Source: a virus. From it: 64,000 nt of DNA. Positions 8,924 to 18,805 of the stretch are shown piece after piece. Every line of letters begins with the position of its first letter. The stretch's first letter is position 1. The notes below the pieces were generated by a model. The model ran no database searches. It was not told the origin of the DNA and worked only from the letters and a program-made list of their open reading frames with translations. Location of the stretch: the IMG/VR virus record IMGVR_UViG_3300010885_044958, positions 1 through 64,000 of that record, one strand, 5' to 3'. The translations under genes and the position numbers were made by a program.

Positions 8924-11900
8924 ATGGCAGGTTACAGTCCAAATCAAATAGATCAATATCAAGCAGGGGTAGCCCCCGAAGATATGAGCTTTTTGCAATA
9001 TGCGTTGACAACTAAGAATCAACAATATGAAACTGGACTTAACCAGGTAAAAAGTGTGTATTCTGGAGTGCTTAATGCGCAATTAACTAATCCTTTAAAT
9101 CAAGAAGCAAGAGATAAATATGTAGCAGAAGCGCAAAATAATATCAAAATTTTGTCAAAGGCAGACCTATCTTTACCCCAGAACGTATCTCAAGCAGGTA
9201 AAATATTTGCACCATTTTATCAAGACAATGATATTGTATCTGATATTTATACTACAAAAGGGCTTAATTCAGAAATCCAAAAAGGAGAAGCTGCAAGTAC
9301 AAGTACTGACAAAGATATAAGAGCTTCATTTAATCCAGAATCTGTAAAATATCTTCGAGGAAAATTGCAAGATTTATCAGAAGCTAAAAGAGGCAATGGT
9401 TCAATTCAAGCAATAAAAACAGAATCGTGGGTTCCTTTTAAAGATGTTACAGAATATCTTAATACAAATGCAAAAGGTTCTGGGTTAAAATATGAACAAA
9501 CTATAGATGGTACTTGGCAACTTACTAAAACAGAAGGTGGTCAAAAAGCTATTATTCCGTTTTCTCGTTGGGCAGATTCTCAAATAGGCCCACAATTTAA
9601 TGAACAATTCAGAATTTTAGGGGCAAATGCAAATAGGGATAAAATAAATCAATTAAGAAATCAAGGTATAGATAAAGAATCTGCTCAAAAACAAGTTGGT
9701 GTAGAAAATTTACAAACCTTTGTTCAAGATAAACAAACTTATCTTACTGGACTCAAAGCAGACCATGCAAGAGCAGAACAAGTATTGTCTGCATATGACC
9801 AAGGATTAACCAAAAGAGGTGGCGCAACACCACAAGAAGCTGCTATTAGAGATCAAATGAAATCTGATGTAGATTTGTATGCCGGTCAAATAGATAGACA
9901 CACTTCAGATATTGCATCTTATTTAGGACAAGACGGGCAATTAAATTTAAATAATCACGAATCCCAAGCAGTAATTGCTAATCCAGATTTTGTTAGTGCA
10001 GATAAGATTAAAACAGGAATGCTTAATAACTGGGCAACTGGTTATGCAATGGGTCATTATTCTCAAGATATAACTGCAAATCAAGGTTTTGCAAATCAAA
10101 TGAATTATGCAATATCTAAAGGAACCCTTAGTTTAGCTGTTGCAGCACAACAAGAAAAACAAAAACAAGATGCAATATTAAATCAATTTAAATTACAAGA
10201 ATTAGCTAATTCAACTGCAGAAACAGATCTTAAATATTATCAAGCAGGACTTACAAGAGGTGTGGGTGGAATATCAGCAACAGACCCTTTAACAGGTGCA
10301 ATAACTTTAACTAAATCTACTAAAGATTTTGCTCACGTAGATGAACAAACGTTATATGAAAGAAAAGTTGCATTTCAAAAATCTCAAATTGGCAATGCAT
10401 TATACAGTACAGATTCTAGAGCACCTGGAGTAACTAAGCTATTGGAATTTGCAGGTGTGCTAAGTCCAGATGAATCTGCAGTATTTAATACATATATGAA
10501 TCAGTCTTGGTCTGGAGAAAAACCTTCTACAAGTCCAACAGTTCAACGAGTAATAGATAAATTACATGCGCAAGGAATTTTAAAAGCAGATTGGCATGAT
10601 TCACACGAAGATATGAATAAATCTATAAATGCAGATTTACTTGCCTATGCAACTAATAATATAGCAAATATATCTAGAACCCTCACACCTTTACAAAGAC
10701 AATATTATCTTGAAAGTGTAGATAGACTTGAAAAAACAACTGCAAATTATAATTCAGAACAAGCAAATATCCAAAAAAATGTTATAAATGAATTAGCAAA
10801 AGATGTTACCCACAGATATTCAAAAGTAACTGTTATTGATGAAAACAGTGGTAAACCAAGAATTGCTAATACAAAAGATATTTCTAATAAATTTACAGAT
10901 TTAAATCTAGAAGATCTTTATGGTAATGAGGTATCATTAACAAAAACAGATATAGGTAAAGCCTATGCTGGAGATCAGTTAAAAATGCACCAACCATATT
11001 TTGACGCAAGTGGTAATTTAATGCATCCATTTGATTTTAAAATTGGAGATAAAGTTTATAAAACAAATAATCCTTACCAAGCAGCAGATTTGTGGAATAG
11101 ATATCAAAATACACAAACTAAATTTGGAACATCTGAAGAATTTATAAAAACACAAAAGGAGTTATATACACACGCAAATCCCTATGCACATGCATTTAAA
11201 GATGAAACAGGTAAATATGCTAACGATATAATTCTTCCAGAACAAACACCAACTACACATAAGGTTATAAACGCAATAGTAAATGAAGGTAATTATACAG
11301 ATATATTTGATAACAATGGAAAATCTTTAAAACCACACGATGACTTGATGGTTGCCTTAAGAAATGTTGGACTTAGTGATGAAAAGAAATTGGACGAAAT
11401 TATAGGCAATGTAACTATGAACCCTGTTGGATATGGTCAAACACCTACAATTACTTTACATTTAAATACAGAACGCGTTAAAGATGAAGCAGGTAAGAAT
11501 GCTTATGCGGATGTAGCAAAATTAGTAAAGGCTGGTGCATCTGAAGTTACTTTAGAAATAGATCCAACAACTACAAATCCATTTCTTAAGAAAATTTTAC
11601 AACATGCAGTACAACCACAAAATGATTATTTTCCAGAACTAAAAGAAGGTAAGAAAGTAGTTAGTACACCATTACGTAATCAAATGGGTTCAGGTTATAT
11701 AATATCTCCAAATAGTACAGACCCAAGAAGAATTTCTGAATATAATGTTAAAGTAGATAATTATCAATTTGATACAAAAACGGGAGAATTTATAAATAAA
11801 CCTTTTGTTCAAAACTATCCAAATACTTATTCTGGAACAGATTTACTTAATGAAATAAATAAAATTCAAGCACAGACTGCGCAAGCAAATGAAATTTACT

Positions 11901-11989
11901 TTCAAACTTACAGTAAAAATCATCCAAAAATATCAGTACAAGAATTAGAAAAAAGATATCAAGCAACAGTCGATGCTCAAAATAGATAA
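8924..11989 (+). CDS. Large virion cargo/ejection protein
   Basis: 1021-aa helical protein. First of four consecutive giant ORFs, in the position crAss-like cargo genes occupy. Confidence 0.65.
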   Translation: MAGYSPNQIDQYQAGVAPEDMSFLQYALTTKNQQYETGLNQVKSVYSGVLNAQLTNPLNQEARDKYVAEAQNNIKILSKADLSLPQNVSQAGKIFAPFYQDNDIVSDIYTTKGLNSEIQKGEAASTSTDKDIRASFNPESVKYLRGKLQDLSEAKRGNGSIQAIKTESWVPFKDVTEYLNTNAKGSGLKYEQTIDGTWQLTKTEGGQKAIIPFSRWADSQIGPQFNEQFRILGANANRDKINQLRNQGIDKESAQKQVGVENLQTFVQDKQTYLTGLKADHARAEQVLSAYDQGLTKRGGATPQEAAIRDQMKSDVDLYAGQIDRHTSDIASYLGQDGQLNLNNHESQAVIANPDFVSADKIKTGMLNNWATGYAMGHYSQDITANQGFANQMNYAISKGTLSLAVAAQQEKQKQDAILNQFKLQELANSTAETDLKYYQAGLTRGVGGISATDPLTGAITLTKSTKDFAHVDEQTLYERKVAFQKSQIGNALYSTDSRAPGVTKLLEFAGVLSPDESAVFNTYMNQSWSGEKPSTSPTVQRVIDKLHAQGILKADWHDSHEDMNKSINADLLAYATNNIANISRTLTPLQRQYYLESVDRLEKTTANYNSEQANIQKNVINELAKDVTHRYSKVTVIDENSGKPRIANTKDISNKFTDLNLEDLYGNEVSLTKTDIGKAYAGDQLKMHQPYFDASGNLMHPFDFKIGDKVYKTNNPYQAADLWNRYQNTQTKFGTSEEFIKTQKELYTHANPYAHAFKDETGKYANDIILPEQTPTTHKVINAIVNEGNYTDIFDNNGKSLKPHDDLMVALRNVGLSDEKKLDEIIGNVTMNPVGYGQTPTITLHLNTERVKDEAGKNAYADVAKLVKAGASEVTLEIDPTTTNPFLKKILQHAVQPQNDYFPELKEGKKVVSTPLRNQMGSGYIISPNSTDPRRISEYNVKVDNYQFDTKTGEFINKPFVQNYPNTYSGTDLLNEINKIQAQTAQANEIYFQTYSKNHPKISVQELEKRYQATVDAQNR

Positions 11990-11992
11990 TAA

Positions 11993-14900
11993 ATGCCACA
12001 AAGCCTTAATGATGTTTTAAATCCGCAGATAGACGCTCTTCCAGATCACATTAATCTGCCTCATCCAGATCCTGTTTTACCTAGTGTACAGACAGGATCT
12101 TCTGGTATGGCTAGTCCTGATCTATTTGATAATATCTATAGTCAGGCTGCAGGTCGTGCGCAACAAAACCCAGAAGATTATGATCTTAGGGCAATGAATT
12201 TTGATTGGGACGCAACCAGAGCAGATAGATATACAAATAGTCAATATCTAAATTCAGTAGGTTTTAAACCAGATGCAGGACAACTTAACGAGTATAACTA
12301 TGGTCAAGCGCAACCTTGGTATAAAGCTTTATGGAATACAGTTGCAGGTACAGTTGCAAATGTAGGTCATGGATTTTACGATCAATTATCTACTTGGCCT
12401 GATACTTTTTCGGCTTTAGGTCATGTAGCACAAGGAGATTTTTCTCTTGGTTCGGCATTTCAATCTGATGAATTAGATCAAATAAACAAAAAATCTGTAG
12501 CGTTTCAAAATGCTTATCCAGTATATCAAACAGCAGCCCCAGATGGGTTTAATTGGAGATCATTTGGGCAAGAAGTTCAAGGTTTAGGTGCATTGCCAGG
12601 AGCTATTTTAGAAATGGGGGCTGAACAAGTAGGGCTTGGATTATTAACAGCAGGAACTCTTGGAGCAGATGCTCCTGTACAAGCAGCTAGAGCTTTAAAA
12701 AGTGCACAAAATCTAGGAAGAATTCTTGACGCAACAGGAAATATGCGTAAATCTTGGGAAGCCTTTAATCAATCCAAAACACTTAAAAACTCTTGGGATG
12801 TTTTAAAAAATTCTGCTGCAATAGTAGGTTCTGGGTTAGAAAAGGGTGGAATAGGTCATTTACCAGGAATAGGTAATACACTTGCTTTTGGTGCTGACGC
12901 GTTAAATCCTGGAAGATCTTTAGGGCTAGCTAAAACATCTATAAATGGATTTCATGCTTTATATTCAGATCTTAGAGACATGAATCTTGCTATTAACATG
13001 GGTCAAATGAGTGCTTCAGGTACTTATCAAACTCAGTTACAAAAAAATCAAGATGACTTTAAAAAACTTCATGGAACTAACGCACAAGGCCAAGATTGGT
13101 TAGATATACAAGATAATGCACAAGCAGCAGCAAAAAAAGATGGGGCATTAAATGCTGTAGCTGCAATGATGCTTAACAAATTAAGTTTTCACAATATACT
13201 AACACCTTCAAGATCTATTCAAGAAGCTATTGCAGCTAATGGATTAGATTATGGTAATAAAATAGGTATTAATAGTGCATCTGTAGCAGAAAAAACTGGT
13301 GAAAAACTATTTGTAAAAGCAGATGGATGGGAAGGATTTAAACAGTCATTCCTTTCGGCTGATTTAGGAAATATTTTTGCACACGGTCTTACATTTGGTA
13401 CTCAGATGACCACTATGTCTGCTATAGATAAAGCCACAGAAGCTTACTATAGTGCTGTTTATAACAAGAAAAATCTTTCTTGGACAGATGCAGTAAAACA
13501 AGGAATAGATGCTCAATTTACAAAAGAAGGTGCAAAAACATTTATTTCAGGATTTCTTACTGGTGCAATCGGTATTGGAGTTGTAGGAGAAAAATTTACA
13601 CAGGGTGCAAAATACGGAGTAGAAAGAATTAGAGATAGATTTGATGAAGTAGGTAAACAGGAAAGACAAGAAAGATCTGCACAAAATGCTGCAGATGCAA
13701 AAATATTTGTAGACCAATTTAACGAATTACGAAAAAATCCAGTAAATGATCAATTAAAATATGTAATTCTTCAAAAAGAATTTGCAGAAAAAATTGCTTC
13801 TAATTTAGCTAATTCAGATAAAAAAGGAGCACAGGATGCAAAATCAGATGCGACTTTAGTATTTTTAGCCAATGCTGCAAAAAATGGATTTATGGATGTA
13901 TACCTAGACCATTTAAAGGATTACACTAAAAATCTAACATCCGAAGAATTATTTGCAAAATTTTATGGAAAAGATGTTGAATTTAATCCAGATCAACACG
14001 CAGATCTTACTAAAAGACTTGATACTTTTTTTAAACAAGCTAATGACGTTAGGAAAATCCACAATGAATTAATTAGAAAATTTCCAAATCCTTACAATCC
14101 TTACAGATTTAAACAAGGCACTCCTGAAAGAGAAGCTGCAATGTCTGATTGGAATAACTTTAAAGAATCTATAGCACTTGCAACTTATCATAAAGCCCTT
14201 ACTCAAGATTATGTTGAAAGACTTAACAACATAATGAATGACAACGGATTATCTAAAGGTATTAATAATTTAGGTGGTTTTAAAAGTCTCCCATTTACAA
14301 CTGTTCAGGCATTAACCGATTCTTCTAATTTAGCTAGAGAAATTACTTCATTACAGGAACAATTAAAAACATCAATGTCTTTAATTGCGGATACAACCGG
14401 GACAGAAGCAAGACAAGACGCAGAATATCAAAAATCTAAATTAAACGCATTAACAGATTATAATCAACATTTATCAGCTTTTCAAAATGCATACAGAGAA
14501 GCAACAACAATAAAAGATCCACAACAAAGACAAAATGCAATAGACAAAGCCAGAGAAGATCATCAAGACAATTTACAATCTACTTTACAAACTATTGCTA
14601 ATATTGAATTAAAACATAATAATTTAGATGCGATAACTACAGACGATCTCGAAAGAGGTATGTCTAAATTTATGGATTACTATCAATTAACTGTAGATCA
14701 CGGATTTGCAACAACATATACCAATACTATTCTAGATCCAGTTGGATGGGGGCATTATGTTGGTTCAATGCGGCTTGCTCGTGAAAAAGCTAAAAATCCT
14801 CCAGATACAACGCAAGATAAAACAACTCCACCAAAAGCAGGAGAACCTACACAAAAAGAATTTGATGGAAATTTACATGGTTGGAATCCAAAAACTAAAT

Positions 14901-17900
14901 CTTGGGAACCAATTGTAAAAGGTGATATATATGATTCAAAAACGGGTAAATGGGGACCAGCACCAGAACCACCAGAAGACAAGACTAAAGCAGAAAGAGA
15001 AAAGCAAGAAACTATTCTTAAGACTCACATAGATGCAACTAACGAAGCAAAAATTAAATATGAAGAGAATAGTCAAGCATTAACAAAAGCTGTAGATGGT
15101 CATCAACAAAAAGTAACTGATTTAGATGAACACACTAAATCTCTTAAAACTGATTTGGATAATTTAAAAACAAATATTAATTTAACTCCTTCAGAAAAAG
15201 CAACTTTAGTAGCAACTATTCAAAAAAATATAGACAAGGCAAATACACTTAAAACAGGTCTTGCTCAAAACCTTACACTCTTAAAAGAGCAACAATCTAT
15301 TTTACAAAGTTTTTCTAATGTAGTAAATGAGTATAATAAATATTTACAGCAATGGCAAGAAGGTAGAGATCTAATTGATACTAATAAGAAGCCAATAGTT
15401 TATGCAGAAATCCAAGGTGAAATGAAACATCTTGGAGATGAAAAAACAAAATTAGAACAGTTCTTAACAGATGTTAAATCTAAATTAAAAGATATAAACG
15501 AACAAGTAAAAACTGTACAAGAAGATTTTGATTTTTTAAGCAAAGAGATAGATAAGTCTGATGTAATTAGGGGTACGTTTGATGCTTTAAAAAATTTAAC
15601 AACTAAAGAACAATATCAAAAAGCTTTGACTGATTTATTTGCGCAAGAAAATAAAAAATCTGCAGAAATACAGGATAAAGAATTATTAAGTTTTTACAAA
15701 AATCTTTTAGGAAAAATAAATAAATCTACAGCAGAACCAGAAGATATTAATAATATATTATTACAAGATCTTGACGATTCCGTTTCTACACATTTAGATT
15801 TAATTAATAATCAAAAAGAATTAATTGAAAGCCAAAAAGAAAAAGAAGACGCTTTATACAAATTAGAAGATAGACTTGCTTATCTAAATACTATAGGTAA
15901 AACTCTGTTTGCAGGCGGAATTGCGCCACCAAAATTTCCAGAACCAATTTATCCAGAAGATATTAAAGACCATGATGAAGATGAACCAGACACAACAGAT
16001 GTAGAAAGAGCTAGAAACTCATTTGGGCATTATAACCTAGATGAATTTACAAAACCTTTTAACAAGACTCAATTGCGTTCTCATCAACCAGAACATTTTG
16101 AGGTAGAATCTATTAAAGATAGAGATGGTAAAAATGCACGTATTAAGGTATCTACAGGTGAAAATAAAAATAATGAAGTTTGGGTTACATTAGATATACT
16201 TGATCAGTCACGATTTTCTTCAGAAGACTTAAACAGACTTGACACACTTGCTAATAAAATATTAGATGCTCTAAGTGATCATTTAGCTGATAATCAAGAT
16301 ATTAAAGATTTTAAAACTGTACGAATTGGTAATCTAGAATACGATTTAAAACACTTTGCAAATGATGAATTGGTAACAGAAACGGAAGGAACTCCAAGAA
16401 TGGCAAACACCATAGTAGAAATTCCTTTAGACATGCAAGGTGAAAACAAAGCATTTCTGATGCCGTTTAATAAAGATTATGATCCCCACGGAATAGTAAC
16501 CGAAGATCCTAATAATATTAAAATAGCAATAGTAAATGTTAAAGGTGAACCTATAGATAAAAACGGCAATGTAGTAGAATCTAAAGATATAAATTACGCT
16601 TCTATTCCTTTTGATGAATCATTTATTAATTCGCCAATAGAAGAACAACGTGAATTACTTGAAAGACTTTATGACGGAACTATAACAGATGAGGATAAGA
16701 AAACCTATTTGTTGTCTCAATGGGGACATCCAGAAGGTTTCAAGGATGAACAAGACATGCAAAACTATATTGAAGACACAATACAAAAAATCCAAAACTA
16801 TCGGCAATTACATAAATATATTCAAGGTGAATTAGCTGCAAAAAGACCTGTTTTATTACAAATAGAAACTAAAACTGTGGGTATTCCCGTATTTGAAAAA
16901 GCTCAAGAAAAAGATGGTAAAAAAGTTGTACCTAAAAACAATTTAATAAATAGAATAGTAAAACCTTCTAAAACATTTGAAGAATTATATCATCCTAACG
17001 GGCAACCAGTAGAAGTAAAATTTGGTGATAAAGGCAATCTGTGGTTTGAAACCAAAGATGGACAACAATACCCTGCAGAATCTAGTAAATTTACTCCAGA
17101 ACAAATTAATAATGTTGCTAATGCAATAGATGAGTATTTTCAATTAAATACTATTTTAAAAAGTCTGCGTTCAGAAGATGAACAAGTCAAAAGAGATTTT
17201 ATCCGAAATAAATTTCTTAAATCAACACTTAATTTTAATGAACCGACATTTGAAAAAGATAAAGATAATGAAGAAATTCATAATGAAAATAATCAAAAAG
17301 ATTGGCTTAAAAACGGTGATCCAAAATTAGGTAAAAATAGTATATGGATCTCTGGAACAAAATTATATTTTCCTGTTGCACATTCAAACAAAACAATAAC
17401 AGATAAATTAGAAGTTTTAGTTATTGATTGGAATGATGCCGATTTTATGGATAACCTAAAAGGATTTTTAGAAGAATTGCCTTTTAATATTTCTAAAAAA
17501 GCTTGGAATAATTTAGACCCTTATCGAGTTCCAGATTTTAGTAAAGACGATTATATGACTAATGGTGAAAAATTTGCAAATTATCGGCAATACACCATTA
17601 GCAAAGACATTATCCAAACTAAAATGATTGAATATGGAACAAAAGATGCAAATGGAAACACTTTACCTCAACAAAAAAGTGTATCTTTGCTTTTTGATTT
17701 GCCTCAACGTGATATAATTCTAGGAAAAATAGAAAAAGAAGTTGCAGAAATAAAACCAAAAACACCCATTACAGATATAGAAGCTAAGAAAGCTGAGATA
17801 GTTAACAATGCTGAAGCTAACAAAGATTATGAAATACTCAATATATTAGACGATCTAAAAAAGGGAGCAAATAAACATCTTGATGATAGATTAACAGCTA

Positions 17901-18796
17901 TTGTAAAAGATAGAATGGGATTACCCTTAACGGTCAGAGAATATTTATTAAAAGGTTTTCCAGGAATTAAACTAGATGGAATAAATGAATGTTTGTCATT
18001 AACCTTTCCGCAATTATTACGACAAATAGACTCATACAAACAATCAAATGGTATTAATTATGCGGAAATAGATAGTCTTCCTATAATATATAGAGCAAGA
18101 ATTATATCAGAATTAGCAATTAAGGGAATTGATGTAGATGGGCAAACAAAATTAAGTGATATTGTTGAACATTTTACAGAACTAGCAGCACTTGAACAAC
18201 AACCAGAAATAAAACCAGCAACACATAATATAATTGCTTCAGATTATTTGTTAACTGGCGGTATAGATGTTATTCTTAGTTCAGATTATTTTTTACAAGC
18301 TCTTTCTGGTGCATTTATAACTGCAGGGGATAAAATTAATATTATTAGAAATAAATATGCTAAAGAAATAATTAAAAATGGTTTTGAAGATCTTAAAAGT
18401 TTTATTAATACTCCTTTATATAATAGTTTGATAACAGAAATTAAAAATGCTATTAAAGAAGTATATAACAATGAAGATGCAGACAAACTATTTGAAGATA
18501 TTTTAAAATACCCAACTGGGTTACCTTTTAAAGAAGGTAATAGAATAAGTATTGTTTTAGATAAGTTAAATGATTTAACAAAACCAGAAGAAGCAGAACT
18601 TCAAAGATTAAAAGATCTTTATGAATCTATGACTAATCCAGATGCGCAAACAAAAGAAACAGTAGAAAACAAAGATAATCTAACTACTAAAGACGTTTTA
18701 GATAAATTAGATCAAGACGAAACCAAACCACATATTCCAGAATCTAAAATAAATGATTTAAAGAAAGATTGTGATGATTTTTTAGGAATGTTTTAA
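11993..18796 (+). CDS. Giant virion ejection protein with Gly/Ala-rich membrane-like segments and coiled coils
   Basis: 2267 aa. Hydrophobic segments VGLGLLTAGTLGA and FISGFLTGAIGIGVVG, and long heptad regions. Lies immediately upstream of the RNAP gene. Confidence 0.7.
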   Translation: MPQSLNDVLNPQIDALPDHINLPHPDPVLPSVQTGSSGMASPDLFDNIYSQAAGRAQQNPEDYDLRAMNFDWDATRADRYTNSQYLNSVGFKPDAGQLNEYNYGQAQPWYKALWNTVAGTVANVGHGFYDQLSTWPDTFSALGHVAQGDFSLGSAFQSDELDQINKKSVAFQNAYPVYQTAAPDGFNWRSFGQEVQGLGALPGAILEMGAEQVGLGLLTAGTLGADAPVQAARALKSAQNLGRILDATGNMRKSWEAFNQSKTLKNSWDVLKNSAAIVGSGLEKGGIGHLPGIGNTLAFGADALNPGRSLGLAKTSINGFHALYSDLRDMNLAINMGQMSASGTYQTQLQKNQDDFKKLHGTNAQGQDWLDIQDNAQAAAKKDGALNAVAAMMLNKLSFHNILTPSRSIQEAIAANGLDYGNKIGINSASVAEKTGEKLFVKADGWEGFKQSFLSADLGNIFAHGLTFGTQMTTMSAIDKATEAYYSAVYNKKNLSWTDAVKQGIDAQFTKEGAKTFISGFLTGAIGIGVVGEKFTQGAKYGVERIRDRFDEVGKQERQERSAQNAADAKIFVDQFNELRKNPVNDQLKYVILQKEFAEKIASNLANSDKKGAQDAKSDATLVFLANAAKNGFMDVYLDHLKDYTKNLTSEELFAKFYGKDVEFNPDQHADLTKRLDTFFKQANDVRKIHNELIRKFPNPYNPYRFKQGTPEREAAMSDWNNFKESIALATYHKALTQDYVERLNNIMNDNGLSKGINNLGGFKSLPFTTVQALTDSSNLAREITSLQEQLKTSMSLIADTTGTEARQDAEYQKSKLNALTDYNQHLSAFQNAYREATTIKDPQQRQNAIDKAREDHQDNLQSTLQTIANIELKHNNLDAITTDDLERGMSKFMDYYQLTVDHGFATTYTNTILDPVGWGHYVGSMRLAREKAKNPPDTTQDKTTPPKAGEPTQKEFDGNLHGWNPKTKSWEPIVKGDIYDSKTGKWGPAPEPPEDKTKAEREKQETILKTHIDATNEAKIKYEENSQALTKAVDGHQQKVTDLDEHTKSLKTDLDNLKTNINLTPSEKATLVATIQKNIDKANTLKTGLAQNLTLLKEQQSILQSFSNVVNEYNKYLQQWQEGRDLIDTNKKPIVYAEIQGEMKHLGDEKTKLEQFLTDVKSKLKDINEQVKTVQEDFDFLSKEIDKSDVIRGTFDALKNLTTKEQYQKALTDLFAQENKKSAEIQDKELLSFYKNLLGKINKSTAEPEDINNILLQDLDDSVSTHLDLINNQKELIESQKEKEDALYKLEDRLAYLNTIGKTLFAGGIAPPKFPEPIYPEDIKDHDEDEPDTTDVERARNSFGHYNLDEFTKPFNKTQLRSHQPEHFEVESIKDRDGKNARIKVSTGENKNNEVWVTLDILDQSRFSSEDLNRLDTLANKILDALSDHLADNQDIKDFKTVRIGNLEYDLKHFANDELVTETEGTPRMANTIVEIPLDMQGENKAFLMPFNKDYDPHGIVTEDPNNIKIAIVNVKGEPIDKNGNVVESKDINYASIPFDESFINSPIEEQRELLERLYDGTITDEDKKTYLLSQWGHPEGFKDEQDMQNYIEDTIQKIQNYRQLHKYIQGELAAKRPVLLQIETKTVGIPVFEKAQEKDGKKVVPKNNLINRIVKPSKTFEELYHPNGQPVEVKFGDKGNLWFETKDGQQYPAESSKFTPEQINNVANAIDEYFQLNTILKSLRSEDEQVKRDFIRNKFLKSTLNFNEPTFEKDKDNEEIHNENNQKDWLKNGDPKLGKNSIWISGTKLYFPVAHSNKTITDKLEVLVIDWNDADFMDNLKGFLEELPFNISKKAWNNLDPYRVPDFSKDDYMTNGEKFANYRQYTISKDIIQTKMIEYGTKDANGNTLPQQKSVSLLFDLPQRDIILGKIEKEVAEIKPKTPITDIEAKKAEIVNNAEANKDYEILNILDDLKKGANKHLDDRLTAIVKDRMGLPLTVREYLLKGFPGIKLDGINECLSLTFPQLLRQIDSYKQSNGINYAEIDSLPIIYRARIISELAIKGIDVDGQTKLSDIVEHFTELAALEQQPEIKPATHNIIASDYLLTGGIDVILSSDYFLQALSGAFITAGDKINIIRNKYAKEIIKNGFEDLKSFINTPLYNSLITEIKNAIKEVYNNEDADKLFEDILKYPTGLPFKEGNRISIVLDKLNDLTKPEEAELQRLKDLYESMTNPDAQTKETVENKDNLTTKDVLDKLDQDETKPHIPESKINDLKKDCDDFLGMF

Positions 18797-18805
18797 TAAA
18801 GATAA

